A stretch of 64,000 nucleotides of DNA from an uncultured archaeon (GCA_964410585.1 CAYPFW010000001.1:320001-384000), one strand, 5' to 3'; shown: positions 38,201 to 50,102, counted from the first letter of the stretch. Numbers and translations: made by a program. The notes: a model not told the origin generated them from the sequence alone.

Positions 38201-38968
38201 ATGTCAAAAATCGCTGTGATTGGTGGAACAGGTGCTAAAAGTTTTTTAGAAGATGTTGAAAGGAGAGAAGAGGTTGTTACATATTCTGTTAGAGGAGAAA
38301 GACTCAGAACACCTTTCAGATATTCGGTAGGCAGAACACCATCTGGGATAGGTGTTGTATATTTTAACAGACATGATGTTGCCCCACAGGAAGCAAAATT
38401 CAAAAGACCGGACGCAATTGATCCTAGACCTTATATGGTTCATCTAAATAGAATGGGCGTAGAAAAAGTTTTGGTAACATCTGCTGTTGGATCTCTTAAC
38501 GAAAACGTGGGTGAGCGCAGCCTGGTTATTCCTTCTGATTATGTCGACTTCACGAATACAGATGTTTCAATAGATGAAGGAAGAGAATATTCAGATATGA
38601 CAGATCCATTTCAATTAGACTCTAAGCTTGTGCGAGCCTCTCGAGAACAGGGTATAAGGGTTACAGAAAACGGTATTTATGCTTGTTATGTAAAAGGTCC
38701 TGTGTTCGAATCCCATATGGAAGTTAGAATGTTGAAAACTCTTTTAGGTGGAGAACACAAACCAATTTTAGTTGGTATGACGGTTCCTGGTGAAGCAAAG
38801 CTTGCGCGACTTTTAGGCATGGAATATGGATGCATTGCTGTTGTCACAAATCTTGGCGCAGGAATAGGTAGAAAAAGAATAACTCATGGTGGAAATAAGA
38901 CTGTATTTGAAATGGTGGAAGATGATGTAAGAAAATTAATGCTAGCTACAATTGATTTGATCGAGTAG
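38201..38968 (+). CDS. MTAP/PNP-family purine nucleoside phosphorylase
   Basis: IGGTG, RH, SAVGSL, GP.FES, VGMT..GEA and VTN motifs. Confidence 0.88.
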   Translation: MSKIAVIGGTGAKSFLEDVERREEVVTYSVRGERLRTPFRYSVGRTPSGIGVVYFNRHDVAPQEAKFKRPDAIDPRPYMVHLNRMGVEKVLVTSAVGSLNENVGERSLVIPSDYVDFTNTDVSIDEGREYSDMTDPFQLDSKLVRASREQGIRVTENGIYACYVKGPVFESHMEVRMLKTLLGGEHKPILVGMTVPGEAKLARLLGMEYGCIAVVTNLGAGIGRKRITHGGNKTVFEMVEDDVRKLMLATIDLIE

Positions 38969-38970
38969 TC

Positions 38971-39879
38971 CTATTTCAAAACAACATTCAAAAAATCCTT
39001 TGCGCATTCTGTGTTTGGGAAAACTTTTTTTGCCTCTTCTAAAAGTGGACCGACATCTTGGTATCTTCTAGAAAAGTGCGTGAGAATTAATTTTTTTGCA
39101 TTTGATTTTTTTGCCAAATCAGCTGCGTCTGCTGCTTTTGTGTGGTACCTATCTTCATAATCTTCAAACTCATCACCGAAAGTTGATTCGTGTATAAGCA
39201 AATCAGCGTCCTTTGCAAGCTTGGCCAAATTTTCAGTTGGCTTTGTGTCCCCAGAATAAACAAGCTTAACACCTTTTTTCAAAATTCCAACTTCCTCTAA
39301 TTTTATTTTTTTTCCTTTCAATTCTATTTCACCTTTCTCTTTTAGCTTCCCAACCATCGGCCCTTGCTTCAAACCATACAATTTTGTTGCTTTCGGCAAA
39401 TCAACGTTCCAACGATCTTCTTCTCGATAGCAAAAAGAAACAGCAGGGATAGAATGTTTTACAGGAATAGAAGAGATGGTGAAATCTTTTCCTTTAAACA
39501 AAACAGTCTCCTCTGGTTTTTGGAATTGTATGTTTATTGGCTTTATTTCAAACCTTGGCCCCCAGTAAGCCATGTCCAGAAGATCGCCGACAAACCTTTC
39601 AGCCTCTGGAGCATATATTTCTAAAGGTTGCTTTCTTTTTTCTAAATTCATTGTTTGGATCAAACCAATTAACCCGGCCCAATGGTCAGCATGCCAATGA
39701 CTGATGAATATCCTATCAATTTTCATGAAGTTTAGTTTTGCTTTGAAAATTTGCCTTTGCGTCCCTTCTCCACAATCCCACAAGAAACATTGATCCTCAT
39801 GTCTGAGGTAAATTGCTGAATGGTTTCTCCAAGGCGTTGGCACACCTGTTCCTGTTCCCAAAAATGTGAGTTCTAACAT
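38971..39879 (-). CDS. rnz: Ribonuclease Z
   Basis: FLGTG..P, DCGEG, SHWHADH, GP exosite arm, SGDT and HFS.RY motifs. Confidence 0.95.
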   Translation of the reverse strand: MLELTFLGTGTGVPTPWRNHSAIYLRHEDQCFLWDCGEGTQRQIFKAKLNFMKIDRIFISHWHADHWAGLIGLIQTMNLEKRKQPLEIYAPEAERFVGDLLDMAYWGPRFEIKPINIQFQKPEETVLFKGKDFTISSIPVKHSIPAVSFCYREEDRWNVDLPKATKLYGLKQGPMVGKLKEKGEIELKGKKIKLEEVGILKKGVKLVYSGDTKPTENLAKLAKDADLLIHESTFGDEFEDYEDRYHTKAADAADLAKKSNAKKLILTHFSRRYQDVGPLLEEAKKVFPNTECAKDFLNVVLK

Positions 39880-39931
39880 GTATCATATTTTGTTGTCCCG
39901 AATTAATAAACAGACAATGGCAAAATAAATT

Positions 39932-40516
39932 ATGATCAATGCTCTTGTTTTTGATTTAGGTGGTGTGCTTTTTGCAGATGGCAGCTCTGTTCTAATCAAA
40001 AAATATGGTAAGATTGCAGAGAAAGTACTGCGGTCTGAGAAATGTATAGACCTAAGGAAAGGTCTGATTTCTGACAGAGAATTTTGGCTCTGGGCCCAAA
40101 AAATTCTTGGAGAAAAATACAAGGCAAGCAAGTTCAAAAAAGAATGGTATGAAAGCTATGTTTTGGACAAAGATATTTTCGAACTTCTCAAAAACCTTAA
40201 AGAGAAATACAAACTGATTGCTTTTTCTGGAAATGTAAAAAGCAGAGTCACATTTCTCGATAAAAAATATAATTTTAGGAAATATTTTGATGTTGAAGTA
40301 TATTCTTTTGATCATCAAACATCGAAGCCTGAAAAGAAGTTTTTTGAAATTTTATTGAAAAAATCGAAGTGCAAACCAAGTGAAATCATATACATAGACG
40401 ACAGCGAGTTTTACTCGCTCCCTGCCAAAAAACTTGGGGCAAACGTATTAATCTACTCAAGAGGAAATATTGCTAAACTAAAATCTGATTTGAAAAAATT
40501 CGGAATTTCCATATGA
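39932..40516 (+). CDS. HAD family hydrolase (YihX-like)
   Basis: VFDLGGVL, KP and YIDD motifs. Confidence 0.85.
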   Translation: MINALVFDLGGVLFADGSSVLIKKYGKIAEKVLRSEKCIDLRKGLISDREFWLWAQKILGEKYKASKFKKEWYESYVLDKDIFELLKNLKEKYKLIAFSGNVKSRVTFLDKKYNFRKYFDVEVYSFDHQTSKPEKKFFEILLKKSKCKPSEIIYIDDSEFYSLPAKKLGANVLIYSRGNIAKLKSDLKKFGISI

Positions 40517-41439
40517 AAATCTCGATTATTGGCGCAGGAAATGTTGGTGCAACTGCTGGTTTGGTTATTGCACAAAAAAATCTCTGCGAGCATTTGGTTC
40601 TTGTTGATATTGTTGAAACAGTTAGAGGGAAGGCTCTAGATATTCAACAAGCCGCCTCTTCATTGGAGTTTGAAACACAAGTTGAAGGCGGGACAAAATA
40701 TGAAATGATTGCTGAGTCTGATATTATTGTAAATACAGCTGGCTTTCCAAGAATACAAGGATCTGGTTCTAGAGAAGAGCTTTTGGAGAAAAACTTCCAG
40801 ATTGCAAAAACAATAAGCTCTTCGATAAAAAAATTTACTCCAAATGCTATTGTGATGAATGTTGCCAATCCTGTTGATTCTTTAACATACGCTTTTTACA
40901 AACTTCTGAACTTTGACAAATCAAAAGTTTTTGGTATGGGTGGACTTTTGGACTGCTCAAGGGCGCAAACTTTAATTTCAAAAGAAACAGGAAAGCCTGT
41001 TTCAGACATCAAAACCATGATACTGGGGACACATGGAGATGATATGGTTTTTTTGGAAAGCCAAACAAAAATACACGGCGAGCCAATTAACAGCTTTGTA
41101 AAAGAGAACAAACTGGAATCAATTATCCAAAAAACAAAAAATGGAGGAGCCGAACTTGTTCAAATTTTAGGACAGAGCGGTTATATAGCACCAGGAGCAT
41201 GTGTTGCAAAACAGGTTGAGGCAGTTGTGAAAAACACAAAACATATCTTTTGTTTGCCTGCTTTTTTGGATGGGGAATATGGGCATAAAGGCCTATACAT
41301 AGGTGTTCCTGCTGTCCTGGGAAAAAATGGTGTGGAAAAAATAGTTGAAGTCAATTTATCTGAAAACGAAAAACAAGGGTTTGAAAAAGCAGTGAAAACC
41401 ACACAACAGATGTGCAGGAAAGTTGATAGTTTATTATAA
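40513..41439 (+). CDS. mdh: LDH-like malate dehydrogenase
   Basis: GAGNVG, TAG.PR, NPVD, LD.SR and G.HG motifs. Confidence 0.88.
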   Translation: MKISIIGAGNVGATAGLVIAQKNLCEHLVLVDIVETVRGKALDIQQAASSLEFETQVEGGTKYEMIAESDIIVNTAGFPRIQGSGSREELLEKNFQIAKTISSSIKKFTPNAIVMNVANPVDSLTYAFYKLLNFDKSKVFGMGGLLDCSRAQTLISKETGKPVSDIKTMILGTHGDDMVFLESQTKIHGEPINSFVKENKLESIIQKTKNGGAELVQILGQSGYIAPGACVAKQVEAVVKNTKHIFCLPAFLDGEYGHKGLYIGVPAVLGKNGVEKIVEVNLSENEKQGFEKAVKTTQQMCRKVDSLL

Positions 41440-41441
41440 TT

Positions 41442-42539
41442 TCAAACAAATTCCTTTAGCTTTTCAAAAAATCCTTTTGCTGTTTCAACTTTTTTCTCAG
41501 ATAAAAATTCTTTGAGAAGGTCCTCTTGCTTTTTGGAAAGTTTTTCAGGTATTTCAACAACGGCTTTTACAAGCAAATCACCTCTTTTATTAGAATTCAA
41601 GTGAGGCATACCTTGACCCCTCAACCTGAAAATAGTGTGGCTCTGTGTTCCACCAGGTATTTTTAATTTAGCTTTTCCATTTATCACAGGAACTTCAACC
41701 TCACCACCAAGTATTGCAGTTCCCAAATCTAAAGTCATTTTACAAAACAAGTCCTGTTCATTTCTATCAAAGATTTCGTGATCTTTAACGGCTATTACAA
41801 CATAAAGATCGCCCTTTCTTCCCCCATTTTCACCATCATTACCTTCTCCTGCAATTCTCAAATATTGCTCATTATCAACACCTTTTGGTACTTTGATTTC
41901 TATTTTTTTTGTTTTTTTTATTCTTCCCCTTCCAGAACACGAATCGCAATGTTTTGTAGCAAATTTCCCACTTCCTCCACATTTATCACAATTAGAAACA
42001 CTAAACATTTGTCCAAGAAATGTTCTTTGTAGTTTTTTTATTTTTCCTGCACCACCACATCTTTCACATGTTTTTAGAAAGCCTTCTTTAGCACCTGTTC
42101 CCTTACACGATTCACATTTAGCTAATTGTGGGATTTCAATCTTCTTTGTCAAGCCATGAAAAGCATCCTCAAGTGATATTTCAATGTCATATCTTAGATC
42201 AGATCCACCCCTTTGGTTGTTTGATCCACCGGAAAAAACATTAAATATATCCCCAAAATCTTTGAAAAGGTCCTCAAAATTAAATCCTTTGAAACCAGAA
42301 AAGTCTTCAGGTCTGAAAGCTGAATGACCAAATTGGTCGTATTGGGATTTTTTCTGCTGGTCGCTTAGAACTTGAAAAGCCTCGTTTGCTTCTTTAAACT
42401 TCTCCTCTGATTCTTTGTTTCCTGGATTAACATCAGGGTGATATTTTCTGGCCAGGTTCCTGAATGCTTTTTTTATCTCATCTTGTGTAGCGCTTTTAGT
42501 CACACCAAGAACTTCGTAATAATCTTTTTTTTGTGACAT
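41442..42539 (-). CDS. dnaJ: Chaperone DnaJ
   Basis: HPD J-domain and four CxxCxGxG repeats. Confidence 0.97.
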   Translation of the reverse strand: MSQKKDYYEVLGVTKSATQDEIKKAFRNLARKYHPDVNPGNKESEEKFKEANEAFQVLSDQQKKSQYDQFGHSAFRPEDFSGFKGFNFEDLFKDFGDIFNVFSGGSNNQRGGSDLRYDIEISLEDAFHGLTKKIEIPQLAKCESCKGTGAKEGFLKTCERCGGAGKIKKLQRTFLGQMFSVSNCDKCGGSGKFATKHCDSCSGRGRIKKTKKIEIKVPKGVDNEQYLRIAGEGNDGENGGRKGDLYVVIAVKDHEIFDRNEQDLFCKMTLDLGTAILGGEVEVPVINGKAKLKIPGGTQSHTIFRLRGQGMPHLNSNKRGDLLVKAVVEIPEKLSKKQEDLLKEFLSEKKVETAKGFFEKLKEFV

Positions 42540-42563
42540 ATTTTCAGTTTTAAAAAAATAATG

Positions 42564-44405
42564 CTACTTTTCATCCTCTACTTTGAAATCAGCGTCCACA
42601 ACATTTTCATCTTTTGGTTTTTCTTCTGCATCTTTTTGTGAACCCGTCTGTTTTGCAGCCTCTTGGTAGATAGCTGTCCCAGCTTCCTGAAGGACTTTGT
42701 GTAGCTTTTCTGTTTCTTCTTTTATTTTTTGTGTGTCTTTACCTTCTAACGCTTTTTTAGCATCTTTTAGGGCAGATTCTATTTTCTCCTTCTGCTCTTT
42801 TGATATTTTGTCTGCCAATTCAGACACAGTTTTTTCTGTTGTGTAAATCAAGGAATCTGCATTATTTTTTATTTCAATTTCCTCTTTCTTTTTTTTGTCT
42901 TCTTCCTCGTGTTCCTTTGCTTGTTTTACCATTTTTTCAACTTCCTTATCAGAAAGTTTTGTGGAGGCTGTGATTGTCATTTTCTGCTCTTTTCCTGTTC
43001 CAAGATCTTTTGCCGATACGTTTAGAATTCCAGATGCGTCTATATCGAAAGTGACTTCTATCTGTGGAACTCCTCTCGGAGCAGGTGGAATACCGACTAA
43101 GTTAAATTGACCGAGACTCGTATTGTCTTGTGCCATTGGTCTTTCACCCTGTAAAACATGAACTGTGACTGCTGTTTGCATATCAGAAGCAGTTGAGAAA
43201 ACTTGGCTCTTTCTTGTCGGTATTGTTGTATTTCTTTCAATCAACGGTGTCATCACGCCGCCCAAAGTTTCTATACCTAAAGTAAGCGGTGTGACATCTA
43301 GAAGAACTAAATCTTTTACATCACCTGCAAGTATGCCTCCTTGAATCGCAGCACCGAGGGCTACACACTCCATTGGATCAACTGATCTTTCAACTTTTTT
43401 GCCAACTTTTTCTTCTATAAATTTTTGTACAATTGGCATCCTTGTTGGACCACCAACCAAAATTATTTTTTTAATATCATTTTTTGTCAGTTTTGCATCT
43501 GCCAAAGCTTGTTCAACTGGATGAATGCATCTTTTGATTATTGGTTCGATTAATTGCTCGAGCTTTGACCTTGTCAATTTTAAATTCAAATGCTTTGGTC
43601 CAGATTGGTCTGCTGTGATATATGGCAGGTTTATATCAGTTTCCAAAACAGTTGACAATTCTATTTTCGCTTTTTCAGCAGCCTCTCTCACTCTTTGCGT
43701 AGCCATTCTATCTTTTTTTAAGTCTACATTTTCCTGCTTTCTGAATTCATCAACTATCCAATCAATAAGAACCAAATCCATATCTGTTCCACCAAGTTGG
43801 GTGTCTCCAGATGTTGAAAGGACAGTGAATGTCCCATCTCCAAACTCCATTATTGTGACATCTAGTGTTCCTCCCCCCAAATCAAAAACAAGTATTTTGT
43901 GCTCGCCTTCCTTATCTAAACCATATGCCATCGAGGCTGCTGTTGGCTCATTCACCAATCTGACAACTTCCAAACCAGCTATTTTTCCAGCATCCTTTGT
44001 TGCTGTTCTTTGGTTATCATTGAAATAAGCAGGCACAGTAATCACAGCTTTTTTGACCTCTTCTCCTAAAAATGCCTCTGCATCTCTTTTTATTTTTTGA
44101 AGGATGAAAGCAGAAATTTGCTGTGGCGTATACTCCTTTCCATAAATCTTATACTTATGATCTGTTCCGATTTTTCTTTTTGCAGCCATCACTGTCCCTT
44201 CTGGATTTGAAACAGCTTGCCTTTTTGCTGGCTCGCCAACTAAAAGCTGACCATCTTTTGTAAAAGCAACAACTGAGGGAAACATTTTTCCTGCCACTGT
44301 AGCCCCCTCTGCTGAAGGAATTATTGTTGGTTTTCCACCTATCATCACAGCTGCCTGTGAGTTTGAAGTTCCCAAGTCAATTCCAATAATTTTCTCTTTT
44401 TTCAT
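42564..44405 (-). CDS. dnaK: Chaperone DnaK
   Basis: [20 protein letters not shown] and [10 protein letters not shown] motifs. Confidence 0.98.
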   Translation of the reverse strand: MKKEKIIGIDLGTSNSQAAVMIGGKPTIIPSAEGATVAGKMFPSVVAFTKDGQLLVGEPAKRQAVSNPEGTVMAAKRKIGTDHKYKIYGKEYTPQQISAFILQKIKRDAEAFLGEEVKKAVITVPAYFNDNQRTATKDAGKIAGLEVVRLVNEPTAASMAYGLDKEGEHKILVFDLGGGTLDVTIMEFGDGTFTVLSTSGDTQLGGTDMDLVLIDWIVDEFRKQENVDLKKDRMATQRVREAAEKAKIELSTVLETDINLPYITADQSGPKHLNLKLTRSKLEQLIEPIIKRCIHPVEQALADAKLTKNDIKKIILVGGPTRMPIVQKFIEEKVGKKVERSVDPMECVALGAAIQGGILAGDVKDLVLLDVTPLTLGIETLGGVMTPLIERNTTIPTRKSQVFSTASDMQTAVTVHVLQGERPMAQDNTSLGQFNLVGIPPAPRGVPQIEVTFDIDASGILNVSAKDLGTGKEQKMTITASTKLSDKEVEKMVKQAKEHEEEDKKKKEEIEIKNNADSLIYTTEKTVSELADKISKEQKEKIESALKDAKKALEGKDTQKIKEETEKLHKVLQEAGTAIYQEAAKQTGSQKDAEEKPKDENVVDADFKVEDEK

Positions 44406-44890
44406 ACTTCATCACCTGATGATATTTTTACCTTTGAATGTCTTATGACTTTTGTTTTTAACATAAATCCTTTTTGAAACTCTTCCAAAATTGTCCCCTC
44501 TTCTTTGTCTGATTTCTCCTTCATCAGGGCCTCATGGTAAAAGGGATCGAATTTTTTTCCTAGCGAATCTATTTGTTTTAAACCATGGGTTTCTAGAATT
44601 TTTAAAAGTTTTTTGTATAATAAACTTAATCCATGTTTGTCTTTTTCGTTTTCGGCTATTTGCACGGCTTTTTCAAAATCGTCTATTAGTGGCAAAAACT
44701 CTTTGACTATCCCTTCATTTGCAAGTTTTATTATATTTTCCTTTTCTTTTTCAAAATTTTTCCTGTAATTGTCAAAATCTGCCTGTAGATATTTTAGCTG
44801 ATTTAACCTTTCATCGGCCAGCTGTGCTTTTTCTTCCAGCTGTTTTTGAATATTTGTAGACTCTTCCTTAGCATTTTTCTTATCGCTCAT
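44402..44890 (-). CDS. grpE: Nucleotide exchange factor GrpE
   Basis: QADFDNYRK and FDP..HEA motifs. Confidence 0.95.
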   Translation of the reverse strand: MSDKKNAKEESTNIQKQLEEKAQLADERLNQLKYLQADFDNYRKNFEKEKENIIKLANEGIVKEFLPLIDDFEKAVQIAENEKDKHGLSLLYKKLLKILETHGLKQIDSLGKKFDPFYHEALMKEKSDKEEGTILEEFQKGFMLKTKVIRHSKVKISSGDEV

Positions 44891-44931
44891 ATTTTTCCAA
44901 TTTATCAAATTAGAGTTTTTAAATTTTTTAC

Positions 44932-45264
44932 CTAAGCCAACTTGGCGCCGTTTTCGACCCCTTTGTCAGCTGCAGCTAAAACAACGCCACTCTCTGTCAC
45001 AAAACCAGTTGTAAGAACTTCAGAAATAAAGTTCCCAATTTGCTTTGGTGGGAAATTCAAAACACACAAAACCTGCTTTCCAATCAAATCCGCCTTCCTA
45101 TACAGTTTAGTAATTTGTGCACTTGACTTTTTGGTTCCTAAGTCCCCAAAATCTATCCAAAGCTTGTAAGCTGGTTTTTTGGCTTCTGGAAAATCCTCTA
45201 CTTTTATTACTGTACCTATCCGCAGTTCTACTTTTTCAAAATCTGACCAACTTATTGTTTCCAT
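44932..45264 (-). CDS. csaA: CsaA tRNA-binding/export chaperone
   Basis: KPAYKL.IDFG, SSAQIT and NFPPKQI motifs. Confidence 0.92.
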   Translation of the reverse strand: METISWSDFEKVELRIGTVIKVEDFPEAKKPAYKLWIDFGDLGTKKSSAQITKLYRKADLIGKQVLCVLNFPPKQIGNFISEVLTTGFVTESGVVLAAADKGVENGAKLA

Positions 45265-45382
45265 AACGGCCACAGCGATTGATTGCTTTATGCGCCAAAA
45301 ACGTATTTAAATACCCCACTCAAATATATAAATCTTTTATATCTACTAATAGATTAATTTGAAAAGATAATAGGAGGACATT

Positions 45383-46654
45383 ATGGCAGACAAGCCACAC
45401 ATTAACTTAATAACATTGGGTCACGTAGACCACGGAAAGTCAACATTAGTAGGAAGACTACTTTACGATTCTGGTGCAATACCTGAACAAGAAATGAGAA
45501 AGCTAAAAGAAAAGGCAAAAGAATTGAAAAAAGAAACTTTTGAATTCGCATTTATCATGGACAACCTCAAAGAGGAAAGAGAAAGAGGAGTTACAATCGA
45601 CTTGATGTACAAGGGTTTTGATTCTAACAAATACTTCTTCACACTTATTGATGCTCCGGGCCACAGAGACTTTGTTAAAAACATGATCGTAGGAGCTTCT
45701 CAAGCAGATGCTGCTATACTTGTTGTTTCTGCAAAAGATGGTATACAGGAACAAACAAAAGAACACGCATACTTGTCTAAAGTTTTAGGTATCCAACAAA
45801 TGATTGTTGCAATCAACAAAATGGATGCAGTTGGTTATGACCAAAAAGCATATGAAACAGCAAAAGAAGCAGCAAAGAAATTGCTTTCTTCAATTGGATA
45901 CAAGGTTGATAAAGTACCATTTGTTCCAGTTTCAGGATATGTTGGAGATAATGTTTTCAAGAAATCAGACAACTTAAAATGGTGGACAGGAAACACACTG
46001 ATAGGAACATTCGACGATACTTTAACAGCTCCGGCTAAACTAACAAACAAACCGTTTAGAATGGCTATTCAATCTGTTTTAAACATCACAGGTGTGGGAA
46101 CAGTACCTACTGGAAAAATAGATTCTGGTATTTTGAAACCTCTTGACAAAGTTGTTTTCGAGCCTACTGGCGCTGTGGGTGAAGTCAAATCAATTGAAAT
46201 GCATCACAAATCTGTACCTCAAGCTGAACCAGGCGACAATGTTGGTATAAACGTCAGAGGTGTAGGAAAAACAGATGTCAAAAAAGGTGATGTTATGGGT
46301 TCTGTATCAAGCCCACCAACAGTTGTAAAAGAATTCACAGGACAAATCATTGTTCTACAGCATCCAACAGCAATCACACCAGGATACACACCAGTCTTCC
46401 ACATGCACACAACACACGTTGCTGGAAAGATAGCTGAGGTTGTCAAGAAAATCGACCCAAAAACAGGCGCTGAAGTCACAGTAGACAAGGATATTTTAAG
46501 AACAGGTGACGCAGCAATCATAAAAGTCGTACCAAACACACCTGTTGTTTTGGAGAAGCAGTCTGACTTCCCATCTTTAGCAAAGTTTGCTATCAGAGAC
46601 ATGGGTAAGACAGTCGCTGCTGGAATTTGTCTTGATTACGTGAAGGCCAAATAA
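45383..46654 (+). CDS. tuf: Elongation factor 1-alpha
   Basis: GHVDHGKST, ERERGVTID, DAPGHRDF and NKMD motifs; AGGAGG SD. Confidence 0.98.
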   Translation: MADKPHINLITLGHVDHGKSTLVGRLLYDSGAIPEQEMRKLKEKAKELKKETFEFAFIMDNLKEERERGVTIDLMYKGFDSNKYFFTLIDAPGHRDFVKNMIVGASQADAAILVVSAKDGIQEQTKEHAYLSKVLGIQQMIVAINKMDAVGYDQKAYETAKEAAKKLLSSIGYKVDKVPFVPVSGYVGDNVFKKSDNLKWWTGNTLIGTFDDTLTAPAKLTNKPFRMAIQSVLNITGVGTVPTGKIDSGILKPLDKVVFEPTGAVGEVKSIEMHHKSVPQAEPGDNVGINVRGVGKTDVKKGDVMGSVSSPPTVVKEFTGQIIVLQHPTAITPGYTPVFHMHTTHVAGKIAEVVKKIDPKTGAEVTVDKDILRTGDAAIIKVVPNTPVVLEKQSDFPSLAKFAIRDMGKTVAAGICLDYVKAK

Positions 46655-46756
46655 GGCTTTCCACCTTTAATTTTTATTTTTATATTTTCTTGTTCTTTTG
46701 GTTTTTGAAAATCAGACTTAGGTATCTTTTTATCTTCTTTTGATCAATTATTCAGT

Positions 46757-46975
46757 ATGGTTTGGAAAGATGATGAGCAAGTTTTTCATGGAAGAAGAAC
46801 AAAGTATGGTGTGTTTATTCTGATTGCTATTGTGTACATATTCTTGATGTATGCTTTTGCTGAAAGTTTAAAAGTTGACCCGTTGCTCCCAGCCCTAATT
46901 GTCGTTGCGATGGTTTTCCTGCTTCCTGTATGCGTGTTTTTTATAGACAACTTGTTTTACGAAGACCAAACGTAA
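46757..46975 (+). CDS. Small two-TM membrane protein
   Basis: Two hydrophobic segments. Confidence 0.55.
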   Translation: MVWKDDEQVFHGRRTKYGVFILIAIVYIFLMYAFAESLKVDPLLPALIVVAMVFLLPVCVFFIDNLFYEDQT

Positions 46976-47003
46976 ATATATATTCTACAACCCAATTACA
47001 GTT

Positions 47004-47462
47004 ATGAAAGCTAAACTAGCCTATATATTTTTAATTGCCGTAGTCGTTTTAATCAGTGGATGCACACAAAACCAACCCACAAAAGATTGTGGAGAGGGAT
47101 CATATGAAGCATCTTCTCAGGCTGATGAGTGTTTTGTTTCTAATCTTGGAGGATGCTCTCCAGCTAAGATGACTATCAAATCAGGTGAAGATGTTTACGG
47201 TCTTGAAATCACTGGACCCCAAAATGGTTGCAAGTTAAAATTATCTATTCTAAAAGCATCAAGTGAAGAGCTTTCAGGACTTGAAGGAAAAGATGTTACA
47301 TGCACCCAAACAAACTTGCAGGAGTTTTCAGATGCTTCTGGTAAGAAGGGTCAGCAAGCTTTAGACTTTGTAAATGATTTGAGACTTGGAATTATTTCAT
47401 CTTCCATAGGAGATATAAATTCATGTGAGGGCAGCCTCAAGGACTATTTTGATAGTTTATGA
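47004..47462 (+). CDS. Putative lipoprotein
   Basis: Signal peptide with an ISGC lipobox; Cys-rich mature part. Confidence 0.7.
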   Translation: MKAKLAYIFLIAVVVLISGCTQNQPTKDCGEGSYEASSQADECFVSNLGGCSPAKMTIKSGEDVYGLEITGPQNGCKLKLSILKASSEELSGLEGKDVTCTQTNLQEFSDASGKKGQQALDFVNDLRLGIISSSIGDINSCEGSLKDYFDSL

Positions 47463-49006
47463 AAAAAGTGCTGAGTATTTTGGTAGTTGCAGTTTTGGTT
47501 TTGTCAATTGTGCCTGTAGGGTTTGGACAAACGATTGGATATGTTTGTGATGACGACTTTTGTGGAAGAGGAGTGAAAAGCTATGAAGGCGATGTTAAAG
47601 GATTTAGGAACTGTGTAAGTTCTTATGCTCCTTATGATGAGGGTCCATGCAGCAAGGTTTGGGAAGAATGTGAGAAAGAAGAGGAACAGAAATCAAAAGA
47701 ATATAAAAAATGTCTCGATGCAAATCCAAATTCACCTGATCCTTTTGAACTTTTTGATTTCTGCCACAAACAAGCATATGGGGAAGACTGGGAAGGATGT
47801 TCCCCAGTTCTGGATAAATGTGCAGAAGCAGTACTTATTCCTAATTGTTTTGAGAAAGCTGAAGAGAACTGCGACGAATTACAAAGACAGATAGACGAAA
47901 AGGAAAGAGAAATACTTGACAAAACAAATCACCTTTGGGAAGACTTTGATAGGCTTACTAACCAACTAAATGAGGAAAAGAATACGGATATCAAAAGACT
48001 GCATAATTGGCAAACAGAATTGGAAGAAGCAATAGATTATGAAAAGTCCAGATTAGGCAAAGGGCAAGATGATAATAAAATAAATGAAAACTTAAGAGTA
48101 TTAGAGGATGAATTCAATCATGTATCAAAGGTTCTAAATGAGTTGGGAGGAATAGAAGAATTTAACAGACTTCTAGATCAAAGAGATAGAAAATATGATG
48201 AAATACACAATTTAGCAGAGCCTTTGTTTGAAGAGCTAAGGCAACTAAGACAAAAATTAATACAAAAAAAAGCAGACACAAGTTCTCAAAATAGTTGTAA
48301 GCCAACTGAAGGGGAAATACAAGTCCCAACTAGTGGGACAAATGTCGACGAATTTACAGTTGAAGTTATTAGAGAAACCAGAAAAATTGGCAATTTAATT
48401 ATAAGGACATCCCCATTCACGACTGCTATACTTGATCTGAATATTCTTTCACCATCAACATTCACAGCAACTTTTGATAGAGCCAAAATAGAGGTCAGTA
48501 AAGGAAATCTAGTTGCTAAAACTGATAAAGAGGCAAAGCCCGCACCAAAAGTCTACCCAATATCAAAAACAGTTGAAGAACTAAACATTAATTTGAACAA
48601 AGCAAAATCAATTGAGGATGCGTTTAATGTCATAAACAAGGTAGATGGTTTGAAATCAAACGATATTATAGTAAAAATTAATAATTTTGAAGAAATTAGT
48701 TTTAGTGACTTACAAAACTATTTTGAAGCAATTAATGGCCGATTGAGATCAGCAAAAGGAAAAATAGAAGCTGCCTTTAAATCAGGTAAAGCAGAGAACG
48801 AGATACGCGACATCATAAACTTTGAAAATAGCTATTTTATTCAAATCTCGGGGCAAAACAATGACCATGTTGAAATAAGAAATACATTTTCCCAACAAAC
48901 CAGGTTTTTCGATGAAATGATCAATTATTATGATTCTCTAAGGGACCCATCAACCAGAACTCTTGGTGAAGCTCGAGGAAGTTCGTTTACTCAGGGTGCA
49001 AGATAA
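47459..49006 (+). CDS. Secreted Cys-rich/coiled-coil protein
   Basis: Signal peptide, Cys-rich N-domain and long heptad region. Confidence 0.65.
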   Translation: MKKVLSILVVAVLVLSIVPVGFGQTIGYVCDDDFCGRGVKSYEGDVKGFRNCVSSYAPYDEGPCSKVWEECEKEEEQKSKEYKKCLDANPNSPDPFELFDFCHKQAYGEDWEGCSPVLDKCAEAVLIPNCFEKAEENCDELQRQIDEKEREILDKTNHLWEDFDRLTNQLNEEKNTDIKRLHNWQTELEEAIDYEKSRLGKGQDDNKINENLRVLEDEFNHVSKVLNELGGIEEFNRLLDQRDRKYDEIHNLAEPLFEELRQLRQKLIQKKADTSSQNSCKPTEGEIQVPTSGTNVDEFTVEVIRETRKIGNLIIRTSPFTTAILDLNILSPSTFTATFDRAKIEVSKGNLVAKTDKEAKPAPKVYPISKTVEELNINLNKAKSIEDAFNVINKVDGLKSNDIIVKINNFEEISFSDLQNYFEAINGRLRSAKGKIEAAFKSGKAENEIRDIINFENSYFIQISGQNNDHVEIRNTFSQQTRFFDEMINYYDSLRDPSTRTLGEARGSSFTQGAR

Positions 49007-49037
49007 GTAGTCGTTTTAGTAGAAAATTCTAAGAAAT

Positions 49038-50021
49038 CTAAACACCTTGCTGAGAATCCAAAACAATTTGTTCGACTTTTATTGGATGTTCAACTGCTGG
49101 CATTCTGATTGCCTTTCTAAAGAATATTAGCCTTTTCTTAGGTCCTGGAACAGATCCTTCAACCAAAACATAGGGACCATTAACAACACCATACTCCAAA
49201 AACCCACCTTTAGGTGTTACATTTCCAGATCCAATTTTCAAGATTCTTTTATTGTATTCTGTCCTTGTTTGGAAACCCATTTGACCTGCTTCTGGAATTT
49301 TTCCTGGCAAAACCCTGTTTGGTGTATAAGGTCCTAAAGTTCCTGTATGCCTCATTTTCAATTTACTCTTCCTATTTCTGACCTTTATTCCAAATCTTTT
49401 TACAGGACCTTGGAAACCTTTGCCTGTGTCTATTGCTTTTACATCAACATATTCGCCTTCTTTTACAACTTCTTCTGGTTTTATTTCCTGCCCTAATTTT
49501 TGTTTTGCATATGCAAATTTAGAAGCAACATCACCAGATAAATCAACTTCAAAAAGCTCTGGACGCTTTTTCCCTAAACCAGATTCTTTTGGTTTTGTGT
49601 GTACAAGAAGCCTAATTTCAGAAATTTTGTCTAAAGACTTTTCAACCAATTCCAATCTTTTCTTATCATGCTCCTTTGGTAAGAACGTTTTTCTTCGAAG
49701 ATTTTTATCCAATTTTTCAGAAAGAATGAGAGTCTTTTCTTTCAATCCATATGGTGTTTTTGAAAACGCTTTAAAACCAGCGACAACAAGAGAAGGAGTC
49801 TCTAAAACAGTCACTGCCTTTAGGATTTCATGTCCTTGGGAAACGCTTTTTTTGGTTTCAACAAAGCTAACTTGAGTCATTCCAGCTTTGTAACCAGCAA
49901 ATATCAACGGCCTTGCTTCCTTTTTGTCTGAAGATGCACGCAAAATTGGATAGATTCTTTTGGCTCTCTTTTTCGGCCAAAATCCCCTGCTTCCTGCTCT
50001 TGGTTTATGATGCTTAGCCAT
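49038..50021 (-). CDS. rpl3: 50S ribosomal protein L3 (uL3)
   Basis: PR.GS..F.P.KR, GYKAGMT, GKGFQGPVKRFG and AGQMGFQTRTEYNK motifs. Confidence 0.97.
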   Translation of the reverse strand: MAKHHKPRAGSRGFWPKKRAKRIYPILRASSDKKEARPLIFAGYKAGMTQVSFVETKKSVSQGHEILKAVTVLETPSLVVAGFKAFSKTPYGLKEKTLILSEKLDKNLRRKTFLPKEHDKKRLELVEKSLDKISEIRLLVHTKPKESGLGKKRPELFEVDLSGDVASKFAYAKQKLGQEIKPEEVVKEGEYVDVKAIDTGKGFQGPVKRFGIKVRNRKSKLKMRHTGTLGPYTPNRVLPGKIPEAGQMGFQTRTEYNKRILKIGSGNVTPKGGFLEYGVVNGPYVLVEGSVPGPKKRLIFFRKAIRMPAVEHPIKVEQIVLDSQQGV

Positions 50022-50102
50022 AACCTTTTTTGAGAAAAAGGTTAATCAAAAAAGGAGGCTAAAATTTGCTTCGCTGTTGCTCGCAAATTTTTACGCCTTC
50101 CG
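50021..50102 (-). repeat. Dispersed repeat family B, abutting the rpl3 start codon
   Basis: TAACCTTTTT..AAAAAGGTTAATCAAAAAAGGAGGCTAAAATTTGC..GCAAATTTTTACGCCTTCC. Confidence 0.88.
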